Source: an uncultured cyanobacterium (GTDB taxonomy: Bacteria; Cyanobacteriota; Cyanobacteriia; Cyanobacteriales; CAWUOF01). From it: DNA of 64,000 nt. The position numbers were made by a program, and so were the translations under genes. How positions within the stretch are numbered: position 1 is the first letter of the stretch; every line of letters begins with the position of its first letter. The notes under the pieces are model-generated. The model was given only the letters and a program-made list of their open reading frames with translations. It had not been told where the DNA came from and searched no databases. Positions 29,587-38,880 of the stretch are shown in pieces. Where the stretch lies: the NCBI GenBank assembly GCA_963744145.1, contig CAVUSO010000001.1:7008001-7072000 (forward strand), given 5' to 3'.

Positions 29587-32406
29587 CTATAACCAGTTTC
29601 CAATTAAAACATACGCAGCCCAATAAAGAGGTTTATTATAATTATTATCTTTTAATAAATCTTGTTGGGCTAGTTGGAGAGCATTGGCTTTGTTTGATAT
29701 TTTAGGGTCACTTAAATGTTTATAAAATTTGTCTACTAATATGGCACTAGAATCATCTTTTACTGTCCATAAAGTGGCGATCGTACTACGGGCACCAGCT
29801 CTTACAGCTACTCCCGCTAAACCTAATGCTGCTCGTTTATCTCCTGCGGCTGTCTGGCAAGCACTTAAAAACATTAATTCAATCGGATTCCGATTAATTT
29901 GGGTTCTAGTTTGCAGTAAATCGTACAATTCGTTAACCTTAATTTTATTTTGCCAAGCAGCAATATATGTATTATCAGCTTGAGAACTGAATTGACCATG
30001 AGTAGCCAAATGAACTATAGAAATAGGACGCGCTTTAATTTGTTTTGCAAATTCATTTTGACTGAATTGTTCGTCTAACAAAGGCTGAGTTCTAGGAAAA
30101 CGGGATTTAATTTTATTCAATTCTGTGGCAACATAGGGCAAAGCTGGTAAATTTTCATTTACTTTTGATACTCCCGCTGCTAATATGTCAAACTGCTTTT
30201 CGATTTTTTCTGATTTAAGTAGTTTTAACCCCGGAGTTTGAGCTACTGGATACTTTTCTATCAAATATTTTTTTCCGTCATAAAGAGCAGACATAGGAAT
30301 ATTTTGTAATAAACCATCTAGTACAAAAACCAAAGTTTCTGGTTTTTTATTATTCAATTCTTGTTCTATATTCTTTAATAAATATTTATATAAATCGTTT
30401 AAAAGCTGCCTATCTTGGTTGGCAAATCTGGGTTTATCTATTTTGAATTGAATATTTATAATAGTCTTTTCTAAGTCTTTTTTAGATATTTGATATAAAT
30501 AATGTTTCAGTTTTTCATCATTAGGAAATTTGACAATAGTATCTAAGCTGTTATCCAAAATAATAGTATATATAACAGCAGCTTTAGGATCGATATCCTC
30601 GATTTTGGCAGATTTTTCTTCTTGAAGGCTACAGCGAAGATGATTTTCTAATTCAGCTACTTTTAAATCTTCAATCGTATTAATAGCTGTTGCTAGATCG
30701 TCTGATTTTAATAATAATTTAATTAATTCTCGATAAACTGGCTCTACTCTATCTCTAAAATAAAACTGAAGATCTGAACTTACTTCTTTTTTATCTAAAT
30801 ACAAATTAATACCAACTAAACCTAACCGAAAATCTTTGAGAGTTTTAACAGCTTGAGTATATGCCTTAATTGCTTTATCATCCTGTTTTTGACCAATTTC
30901 TATTCTACCTAACTGCCATGCCCACTGATAAATAATATCAGATGCTTTAATACCTTGAGCTAAATTTAAGGATTGTTCTGTTAATTCTCTAGCTTTTTGC
31001 CAATTTTCTGTCTGTTCGTACAGCCATCCTAAATTACCTAAAGCATAGCTTTCTGCTCTTGGATCTTGTATCTCTACTGCGTGTTTGTGGGCTTTTTGTA
31101 ATAATTTTTCTATTTCTAAAAATGAAATACTATCGGCTGTAATTTTTTGTTTATCAGATTTTTGCTGCAAAATAACTAAGCTACAAGCCAAATTTATTCT
31201 GGCATAAATTTCTCGGCGATTAATAGTTAAATTATCAATTTCTTGACTAATTTCGGTTATTAATTTATTTGCCATAAAAAAGGAATTATCCCATTTATCT
31301 TTCCAAGCTTCATTTTCTAAAATCGTTAACAAAACATTTAGATGATTGAGGTTTGCTGCTACCTTAGTATCTAAATTAACTTCTGTAATATTAACCTTTT
31401 CGTACCATTGTTCTGCTTCTTGATAAAAGTTAAAAGCGAAATTGGTATCTTCTTTTAGCTCATTTTTACATTCTGAAATAGTTCTTAACGATAAGAGTTG
31501 ATTACTATTAGGTACTTGTAAATCTTCAGCTTTTTTGCCAAAAGCCCGCTGTACATTACCTAAACTTAGCCAAATATCAGCGATCAGTTGAGGAGATGCT
31601 ATTTTAGCGGTTTCTAAACTTTTTTGTAAAGTACACCAAGAATTTTCTAAATCTCCAACTACTTGCAAGGTATTTCCTAAGTTTAAAAGTGCTATAGCTT
31701 TAAATCTATCGTCTTTTTGAGTTTCATCAATTGTTTTTTGAACTTTAGTTAAAACTAGCAGAGCACGACGGTAACGTCCAGAAGCTTGTAAAATTTGAGC
31801 TTGGTTAATTTGACTACCGATCGCACCTTCATCATCTTTTAATTGAGTATAAATCTTTTCAGCGTTTTCTAAGCTTTTTAAAGCATCTTCTAGTTTTCCT
31901 AATGCTAATTGTAAATGTCCTTGAGTAGTTAGCGATCGCGCTCTAACTTGCCATACTTGTGATGTATCTGGCAAAGATTCTAACAATTTCTGGCTTTCAT
32001 CTACTGCTTTTTTTGCTTCATCCCAGTTACCAAGTTGCTGATTAGCTAAAGATAAATAATTCTTAACTAAAGCTTGATATAATTTATCTTCTGAACCTGA
32101 TTGTAGTGCCTTTTCCCATAAATCTTTTGCCTTAGTAAAATACCCGCTTTGATATGCTTCAATTCCTGGATTTAACAAATCCTGTTCTAATGGCTGAAGA
32201 TTTGCTAAATTAGTATCCCCATAAATACTATTTAAAGTATTTACTACACCATCATTTACTACCTTTAAGTTTTCTATTTGGACTGAATAAGTATTAGCAA
32301 TATCTGGCGCTAGCAAATTTAAACCTAGCGTAGAAATCAACCCCAAAACTGCTAGAAATAAAAGTTTTAAGAACGGTTTTATAAAAATCATGTATTTTCT
32401 TGCCAT
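29587..32406 (-). CDS. TPR + CHAT domain protein
   Basis: TPR-like repeats; HLATHGQFS, LSACQTA, PLYWAAYVLIGNWL. Confidence 0.9.
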   Translation of the reverse strand: MARKYMIFIKPFLKLLFLAVLGLISTLGLNLLAPDIANTYSVQIENLKVVNDGVVNTLNSIYGDTNLANLQPLEQDLLNPGIEAYQSGYFTKAKDLWEKALQSGSEDKLYQALVKNYLSLANQQLGNWDEAKKAVDESQKLLESLPDTSQVWQVRARSLTTQGHLQLALGKLEDALKSLENAEKIYTQLKDDEGAIGSQINQAQILQASGRYRRALLVLTKVQKTIDETQKDDRFKAIALLNLGNTLQVVGDLENSWCTLQKSLETAKIASPQLIADIWLSLGNVQRAFGKKAEDLQVPNSNQLLSLRTISECKNELKEDTNFAFNFYQEAEQWYEKVNITEVNLDTKVAANLNHLNVLLTILENEAWKDKWDNSFFMANKLITEISQEIDNLTINRREIYARINLACSLVILQQKSDKQKITADSISFLEIEKLLQKAHKHAVEIQDPRAESYALGNLGWLYEQTENWQKARELTEQSLNLAQGIKASDIIYQWAWQLGRIEIGQKQDDKAIKAYTQAVKTLKDFRLGLVGINLYLDKKEVSSDLQFYFRDRVEPVYRELIKLLLKSDDLATAINTIEDLKVAELENHLRCSLQEEKSAKIEDIDPKAAVIYTIILDNSLDTIVKFPNDEKLKHYLYQISKKDLEKTIINIQFKIDKPRFANQDRQLLNDLYKYLLKNIEQELNNKKPETLVFVLDGLLQNIPMSALYDGKKYLIEKYPVAQTPGLKLLKSEKIEKQFDILAAGVSKVNENLPALPYVATELNKIKSRFPRTQPLLDEQFSQNEFAKQIKARPISIVHLATHGQFSSQADNTYIAAWQNKIKVNELYDLLQTRTQINRNPIELMFLSACQTAAGDKRAALGLAGVAVRAGARSTIATLWTVKDDSSAILVDKFYKHLSDPKISNKANALQLAQQDLLKDNNYNKPLYWAAYVLIGNWL

Positions 32407-32427
32407 AAATTATCACCTCCCTAATTT

Positions 32428-35265
32428 TCAATGTCTAGAAACAGGAGAACAACCACCTGGACTTAGCCAGGAACTTTCCGGTGTAGTATTGGGTATTTGT
32501 GTAATCAAAACTACCTGACCTTTTTTATTAACTAGCCAACCAGTAGCTTCCTCAATTGGAACTGATTTGGTTACTTGTTGTCTAGGAAGAGAAACTACAG
32601 AATTATCTAGTTTGACTGGTCGGAAATCATCCCAAAAGCGATCGCTATTTAGGGCATCATTAGGACTAGGGGGTACACCGCCTAAACCAGTTTTAACAAA
32701 ACTACTACCACGTTTGCCGATTGTCGATTGTCCCGCAACTTCACACCCTTGAGGTATGTCTGATAGCTCAAAACGTTGTGATAAAGCTACTAAACCTTGA
32801 CTTGGATTAATCCTAGGTGTTTGAATAGTAACTGTACCATTAAACTGCGGTCCTAATGTGGAAGTAGCTGTAATATCACTGGTTTGGGGACTAGCAATCT
32901 GATTTACTGTTGTTCCGTTTATGAATCCTTGACGAAAAATTCCTTGAGTGTTAATTTTGACTTGACCGCCAAAACTTTGTTGAGAATTAGCGGTAATATC
33001 ACTATTTTCTAAAGCTGCTAATACTCCCGTATCAATATTAATATTGCCGCCTGTAGCGGCACCTGTAGCATTAGTAGTAATTTGACTGTTGCGGCGTAGT
33101 TGCAAGGACTGAACTTTTAAGAGAATATTACCAAAATTTCCAGCAGAAGTATTCGCCGCAAGTCCCCCATGATCCAGACTAATAGAATCTGCTGTAACTT
33201 TTAGGTTGCCCGCACTCCCTGAGCCATCAGCGCTGACACTGGCTTGAGCTCCATTTTGAATTGTGAATTGCCCTGCTTGAATAGTTAAATTTCCTCCCAC
33301 CCCTGTAGAATCTTTGTCTGTATTAGCAAATAAGCCAGTAGATGAACCTTCATTGTTACCAACAATATTTGTACTAAACAGGGGAGAGCGCTGAGTAAAA
33401 TTCGGATCGCTACCAGAAAGTAAAATATTGTCCGCAGCATTAATAATCACATTTCCTGCTCGTCCGCTCTTTCCGGTCGAAGAAATGAGCTGTCCGCCAC
33501 CAATAGCTTCAAACCTTTTAGTATTGATCGTAATGTTACCCCCATTACTATTAGTTAGAGTTTGGGCATTAACGACCGCTCCATTTGATACTCGAAAATT
33601 ATTTGTAGTTACTGTAATGTCTCCACCTTGACCCGTTGCCTTTGATTCTGTTGATGCGAACAATCCACTGGATGACAAGTCGGAGCCTACGCCATCAACA
33701 TTAACGAAATCACCAACGTTTAATACAATATTACCAGCTCGTCCTTGCCCTTCAGTTCTGACAATCACCAAGGCACCATTTGTCACTAAAAGAGAACCCG
33801 TTGTCAGGTTAATGTTTCCTCCATTACCAACCCCTGTCAGCTTGACGCTGCTGTATAAACCGGAAGACTGTTGACTTGGTATCGATCCCTCTACCAGCAC
33901 TAACGGCCCTTCCCCATCTAAAATCGTTTGATTACGGACAGAAATGGTGATATTGCCTGCATTGCCATGCCCTTGAGTGCTCGCTGAAATTAAGCCACCG
34001 TTTGTTAATGAAAGGGAACCCGTTGTCAGGCTAATATTTCCCCCATTGCCGATCGCCTTGTTTGCTTCTACTCTACTGTAAATACCGCTAGAAATGCCGT
34101 CGTGGCTGCTTACATTATCAAAAGAACTGGCATTACTAATGTGGAGATTAACGTCTCCAGCGTTTCCCTGTCCTAAGGTGCTAGCTTTAATCAGCCCTCC
34201 ATTGGTTAAATAAAGAGCATCGGCTGTGATATTAATACTACCACCTTGACCAGTGGCGTTGGATTCAACCAGGTTGTATGCACCAGATTCGCCATCATTA
34301 CCTGCTCCGTCAAAGGAGATCGAACCGATGGCGTTAATTTCAATATTGCCTGCTCGATTTCCAGGTGTGCTTACCCCTGACTTAATGCCTGCTAACAACC
34401 TACTTCCTTGTGCCAGGTACAAATTTTGCAGATTAATCGCCATACTACCAGCACCCCCACGCACGTCTAATGTCGCGCCATTTGTCAGGGAAGCATCCGC
34501 CCTCGCGATTGAATCTGGAAAGCTCAAACTTAGGTTATTGTTATCCCAGTTGAGCCTAACTGTTCCGGAGCTGCTTAAACCTCCCAACTCAACTCTACCC
34601 CCCGGAGCCTGCAAATTTCCACCCTCTAATCTGACCTCACCACCGACGAGCGCGATGGTTTTACTAGGTAGCACTTGCAATCCCACCATTTGACCGTTAC
34701 TATCGATCGCCCTAGATTGATTCACTATCCTGCCGGGATTACTACCATACCCTAACCCCATGGGGACATTAATATTGAGCAAAGCCGAGGTTTGTTCCGG
34801 AGCGATCGCGCTAAACTGAGTCCCATCCGCCAACTTAATCGTATTTGCTGTACTGGCTATAAATGAACCACCAATATCTAAAGCAGCATTTTTTCCAAAA
34901 ATCATCCCATTTGGATTAATTAAGAATAGATTAGCTAATCCATTAGCCTTGATTAAGCCATCAATATTAGATATAGAACTACCAGTAATGCGACTAATAA
35001 TATGCTGAATATCCACAGGATTATTAAAAAAGACTGAGCCACCTGTAGGAACAGAGAAGTCGCGGAAACTATGAAAAAGATTACCACCAAATCTAGTGTT
35101 TCCCGTGACGGTAAAATTCAGACCATCACTGGTAGTAACTTTAGTAGTTAGACTAGCATCTGGAGTAATTTGTGCCTGTAAAGACACAGGATTTACTATC
35201 TCGATGAGATAGTAAATCAACAGACTGATTGTGATCCGGAGTTGACGCATAGTCTGGGTCATCAT
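32428..35265 (-). CDS. filamentous haemagglutinin N-terminal (TPS) domain protein
   Basis: AQITPD, NLFHSF, NLFLINPNG; G.GG.I.I beta-helix repeats. Confidence 0.9.
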   Translation of the reverse strand: MMTQTMRQLRITISLLIYYLIEIVNPVSLQAQITPDASLTTKVTTSDGLNFTVTGNTRFGGNLFHSFRDFSVPTGGSVFFNNPVDIQHIISRITGSSISNIDGLIKANGLANLFLINPNGMIFGKNAALDIGGSFIASTANTIKLADGTQFSAIAPEQTSALLNINVPMGLGYGSNPGRIVNQSRAIDSNGQMVGLQVLPSKTIALVGGEVRLEGGNLQAPGGRVELGGLSSSGTVRLNWDNNNLSLSFPDSIARADASLTNGATLDVRGGAGSMAINLQNLYLAQGSRLLAGIKSGVSTPGNRAGNIEINAIGSISFDGAGNDGESGAYNLVESNATGQGGSINITADALYLTNGGLIKASTLGQGNAGDVNLHISNASSFDNVSSHDGISSGIYSRVEANKAIGNGGNISLTTGSLSLTNGGLISASTQGHGNAGNITISVRNQTILDGEGPLVLVEGSIPSQQSSGLYSSVKLTGVGNGGNINLTTGSLLVTNGALVIVRTEGQGRAGNIVLNVGDFVNVDGVGSDLSSSGLFASTESKATGQGGDITVTTNNFRVSNGAVVNAQTLTNSNGGNITINTKRFEAIGGGQLISSTGKSGRAGNVIINAADNILLSGSDPNFTQRSPLFSTNIVGNNEGSSTGLFANTDKDSTGVGGNLTIQAGQFTIQNGAQASVSADGSGSAGNLKVTADSISLDHGGLAANTSAGNFGNILLKVQSLQLRRNSQITTNATGAATGGNINIDTGVLAALENSDITANSQQSFGGQVKINTQGIFRQGFINGTTVNQIASPQTSDITATSTLGPQFNGTVTIQTPRINPSQGLVALSQRFELSDIPQGCEVAGQSTIGKRGSSFVKTGLGGVPPSPNDALNSDRFWDDFRPVKLDNSVVSLPRQQVTKSVPIEEATGWLVNKKGQVVLITQIPNTTPESSWLSPGGCSPVSRH

Positions 35266-35436
35266 TAATATTTACCAATTTTTGGTTTTTTACTACCAAT
35301 ACATATTAGTCTAATCATATCTGCGAGCAAGCCATTTGACAATAGCTTTATCAGATCTAGGACTTACGCGCTGCATTATTTATTGTTATTACATCGGAAA
35401 GGGAGCGATCGCATTGCCGCTTCTTGGGATTGACAA

Positions 35437-35563
35437 TCGCGCTCTAACTTGCCATACTTGTGATGTATCTGGCAAAGATTCTAACAATTTTTGGCTTTCT
35501 TCTACTGCTTTTTTTGCTTCATCCCAGTTGCCAAGTTGCTGATTAGCTAAAGATCAGTAATTC
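35437..35563 (-). pseudogene. ~127-bp near-identical copy of an internal part of the TPR-CHAT gene (~31935-32062)
   Basis: Direct sequence match; ends at the IS4 TIR. Confidence 0.8.
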
Positions 35564-35749
35564 CTGACGGGGTGACGAAATGGGTTCAAAAGATTACAGT
35601 GTAAAGAATGTAGCAATTTATGGTAAAAAAGGGTAGGTCTAGTTTTGTCAAAAAGACCCATCCAAATCAAATGTTACCTGAATTTTACCAAATACATCTG
35701 AAAAGTCAACTAAGTATTGCTGAATATATTTTTCTGAAACTTCTGATTA

Positions 35750-37324
35750 CAATACTCCGGACACTTTGGTGAGAGAAAATTATTTATAGGTATAATTGAC
35801 TAACCAATAGTTTTCGGCCAATAGCCAAAAGACAGACTGGGACTAGCCGAAAACCTGATTTGGCAGATATTTTCGATTCTGAATCGTTTTCTACTTGAAC
35901 AATTTTCTGGCCAAATCAGGCAACCGAACGGATTGGGCGCAATTTTTTCCTTACTGAGATCACCAAAAAAATATCGATCGTGAGAGAATTTACTATGTAA
36001 ATTCGACCCGACCGATAATTATGAATTTTCTAGAAAACATCTTAACTCAACTTGCTGGGATTAGTAAAGCTCAAAAAAAATTTTTCTTAACCTTAATGAC
36101 AACTATCTTGTTAGTCTATGGTAAAGTCAATTTTACTAATTTAAGTCGTTACTCGCAGTTAAACGAAAAAACTTATCGACGCCATTTTCAGCGCTCCTTC
36201 AATTTTTTGGAGTTAAATAAACAACTCCTGCAATTAGCCCTAGCGGTCACGAGTCGAAAAATTTTAGCAATGGACTGTTCATTTATTCAAAAAAGTGGTA
36301 AAAAAACCTATGGAAAAGATTATTTCTATAATAGTAGTAAGAGCCAAGCAGAACGGGGGTTAGAAATTTCTCTGCTCGCACTTATTGATTTAGATATCAA
36401 CACGGCTTATGCTTTATCTGTTCAGCAAACATCACCATCTTTGCCCACAGAATCACCAAGAAAAACCACCAAAAAATCGCCAGGAAAAAATCAGAAAAAA
36501 TCCCGAAAATCTAGTCCGAAAACATCGGACAATCAAGAGGATGAAGCTACAAGAGTAGATCAGTATTTAGAGCAACTAAAAAGAGCTCAAAGCTATATTC
36601 CATCGGATATACGCCACCTAGTAGCTGATGGGTACTATAGTAAAAAAAAGTTTGTTGATGGGGTGATATCTGTCAATTTTCATTACCTAGGTAAATTGCG
36701 GATTGATGCCAATATGCGTTATTTATATCAGGGTGAACAAAAAGAGCGTGGTCGCCCACGTCTCTATGCAGGAAAAGTCAATTTCACTAATTTAAGTCGT
36801 TTGACTTGGGGCCAGGAAGTTGAGAAATCAGTTAATATTTATAGTGCGATAGTTAATCATGTCTCCTTAGAGAGAAACATTAAAATTGTCGTGGTTGTTG
36901 ATCAGCGTCAGCCTGACAAAACTGGTTATCTAATTTTGTTTTCAACAGATTTGTCGCTGACCGCCCTGGAAATTTACGAGTATTATCAGGCTCGTTTTCA
37001 GATTGAATTTATTTTTCGTGATGCTAAACAGTTTACAGGATTAGTGGATTGTCAAGCCCGTGATGCGGCCAAATTAGATTTTCATTTTAATGCTAGTCTG
37101 ACAGCTTTGAATATTGCCAAATTATCAGCCAGATTAAACCATCAAGAAGATGAGCCCTTTATCTTTTCTATGGCTACTTATAAACGCCAAGCCTTCAACG
37201 CGCATCTTTTGGAACAATTTATTTTGAAGTTAGATTTGGAGCCGACTTTGATCAAAAGCCATCCCAATTACTCAGAACTACTTTCCTACGGTGCGATTGC
37301 AGTTTAATTTTGTCCGGAGTATTG
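35750..37324 (+). mobile_element. IS701/IS4-like element nested in the IS4 copy
   Basis: TIR CAATACTCCGGACA; 6-bp TSD TGATTA (35744-35749, 37325-37330). Confidence 0.9.
36021..37307 (+). CDS. DDE transposase, apparently intact
   Basis: LAMDCSF, VADGYY, YQARFQIEFIFRDAKQFTGL. Confidence 0.88.
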   Translation: MNFLENILTQLAGISKAQKKFFLTLMTTILLVYGKVNFTNLSRYSQLNEKTYRRHFQRSFNFLELNKQLLQLALAVTSRKILAMDCSFIQKSGKKTYGKDYFYNSSKSQAERGLEISLLALIDLDINTAYALSVQQTSPSLPTESPRKTTKKSPGKNQKKSRKSSPKTSDNQEDEATRVDQYLEQLKRAQSYIPSDIRHLVADGYYSKKKFVDGVISVNFHYLGKLRIDANMRYLYQGEQKERGRPRLYAGKVNFTNLSRLTWGQEVEKSVNIYSAIVNHVSLERNIKIVVVVDQRQPDKTGYLILFSTDLSLTALEIYEYYQARFQIEFIFRDAKQFTGLVDCQARDAAKLDFHFNASLTALNIAKLSARLNHQEDEPFIFSMATYKRQAFNAHLLEQFILKLDLEPTLIKSHPNYSELLSYGAIAV

Positions 37325-37850
37325 TGATTAAGATTTTACAATCAATTAAAAAAGTGAAGTTAGAAAGTATAGCTAATGCTCTCCCATTACCGATGATTTT
37401 TGAAAGTAGAAGAAAAAAGCTACAGCGATTTCTATCATTGCCAGGTAGGGGCGCAAAAGCAATACGCCCCTACAGATTAGTAAAATTTGGTGGCCGATTG
37501 TTACCCAATGGCTAAAATTATATTTTGACCCAGAAAAAATAATTTATGTAGCGATAGATCGGACAAATTGGAAAGGGATAAATTTATTTATAGTTAGTGT
37601 AATTTGAGTTCAAAGAAGCTTTCCTGTATATTTTGAGTTATTACCGAAATTAGGTAATAGCAACTTCTCTGAGCAAAAAGGAATTTTATCTCAAGTATTA
37701 CCATTATTTAGCAATTATAAAGTCTGCCTTTTAGGAGATAAAGAATTTTGTTCAATTCAGCTAGTAGGGGCGCAAGAGCAATACACCCGTACTTTGTCCG
37801 CAGAATCGAGCGTGTCTTTAGATCTGAGAGTGTCAACAGTAGAATTAATT

Positions 37851-37941
37851 GGCGTTGCTTAATCAGGGTATGAAAATCAATCAGGGCGTATGGCCATACG
37901 CCCCTACAAATTATTTATTCATACCGTAAATCAGCAACGCC
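37851..37941. mobile_element. MITE carrying an internal REP-like hairpin
   Basis: TIR GGCGTTGCT...GGTATGAA / TTCATACC...AGCAACGCC; 8-bp TSD AATTAATT. Confidence 0.8.
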
Positions 37942-38066
37942 AATTAATTAATGGGTTACAATCTTTGAGAAAACGCTATTTGCTCAAACCAATAGAAGGA
38001 GAGAAAATTTTATTTAATTTATCTCCGGTTTTTCGAGAGTATGTGAAAAATTATTGCCAAAATTAA
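37942..38066 (+). pseudogene. C-terminal remnant of an NB-ARC/AAA-ATPase-like gene
   Basis: LINGLQSLRKRYLL...FNLSPVFREYVK*. Confidence 0.5.
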
Positions 38067-38176
38067 TCCCGTCGCAATTTATCCTTTGTCTTTGGACTAG
38101 TTCTACTGGTGAGGGATTGGGTCACCAGATATAATAGATATCATGACTGATTGAGGATTACTAAATTTACCCATGA

Positions 38177-38860
38177 TTGATTATGCTCACCTCTAAACCC
38201 AAATTAGGACATAATTTACCTACCGCCGAAGACTTACCTTTCTGTGACGATCGCTCCGTGGATAGTGAACTCCAAGATAAAATCTCCCACCTATTAGAAT
38301 CTATTCTTAATTATATTTGGGCTAGTCAACCTGATTGGTTTTTTGGGATCGACATCGGTTGGTATTTTGACCCTCATCAACCCGCTTTAGCCCCAGACGC
38401 TTTGCTCAGTTTAGGAGTACCAAGAGTTTCAGGAGAAAACCTCCGTTTAAGTTATGTGACCTGGCAAGAGAACGGGGTAGTGCCGATTTTCATGCTGGAG
38501 ATAGTTTCTAAAACTCCCGGAGGTGAGTATAAACGCAAGAAAATTACATATACACAACAGGGAATTTTGTACTATGTAATATATGCTCCTTTCCGTCGTC
38601 GTCAGCCTAGATTTATGGTGCATCGTCTGATCGGAGGTAAATATGAATTACTCCCAGGTAATCCGGTTTGGCTACCAGAAATTGGCTTAGGAATTGGCAA
38701 AGAAGTTGGTACTTATCATAGGATTAAGCGAGAATGGTTATATTCCCACCTCTGAAGAAATAACCCAACGAGAACAACAAGCCCGACTTGAAGTTGAACA
38801 ACGAGTTCAGATTGAACAACAAGCCCGATTTGAAGTTGAACAACGAATTCAAATTGAACC
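38177..38860 (+). pseudogene. Uma2-family endonuclease, second copy, frameshifted near the 3' end
   Basis: Near-identical to 22066; small deletion after REWLY; EQQAR.EVEQR repeats follow in another frame. Confidence 0.8.
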
Positions 38861-38880
38861 TTCCAACCAGTAATCCAAAT

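Larger units (their letters stand above)
35564..37763 (+). mobile_element. IS4-family element (same family as 20978-21872), interrupted and 3'-truncated
   Basis: Left TIR CTGACGGGGTGAC; MLPEFYQIHL...; 37544-37763 near-identical to 20978-21197. Confidence 0.85.

Noticed and set aside
38788..38880. N-terminal extension MKLNNEFRLNNKPDL of the TPS-CHAT ORF
   Set aside because: Off-frame reading of the Uma2 coiled-coil repeat; the signal-peptide-like start is ATG 38881
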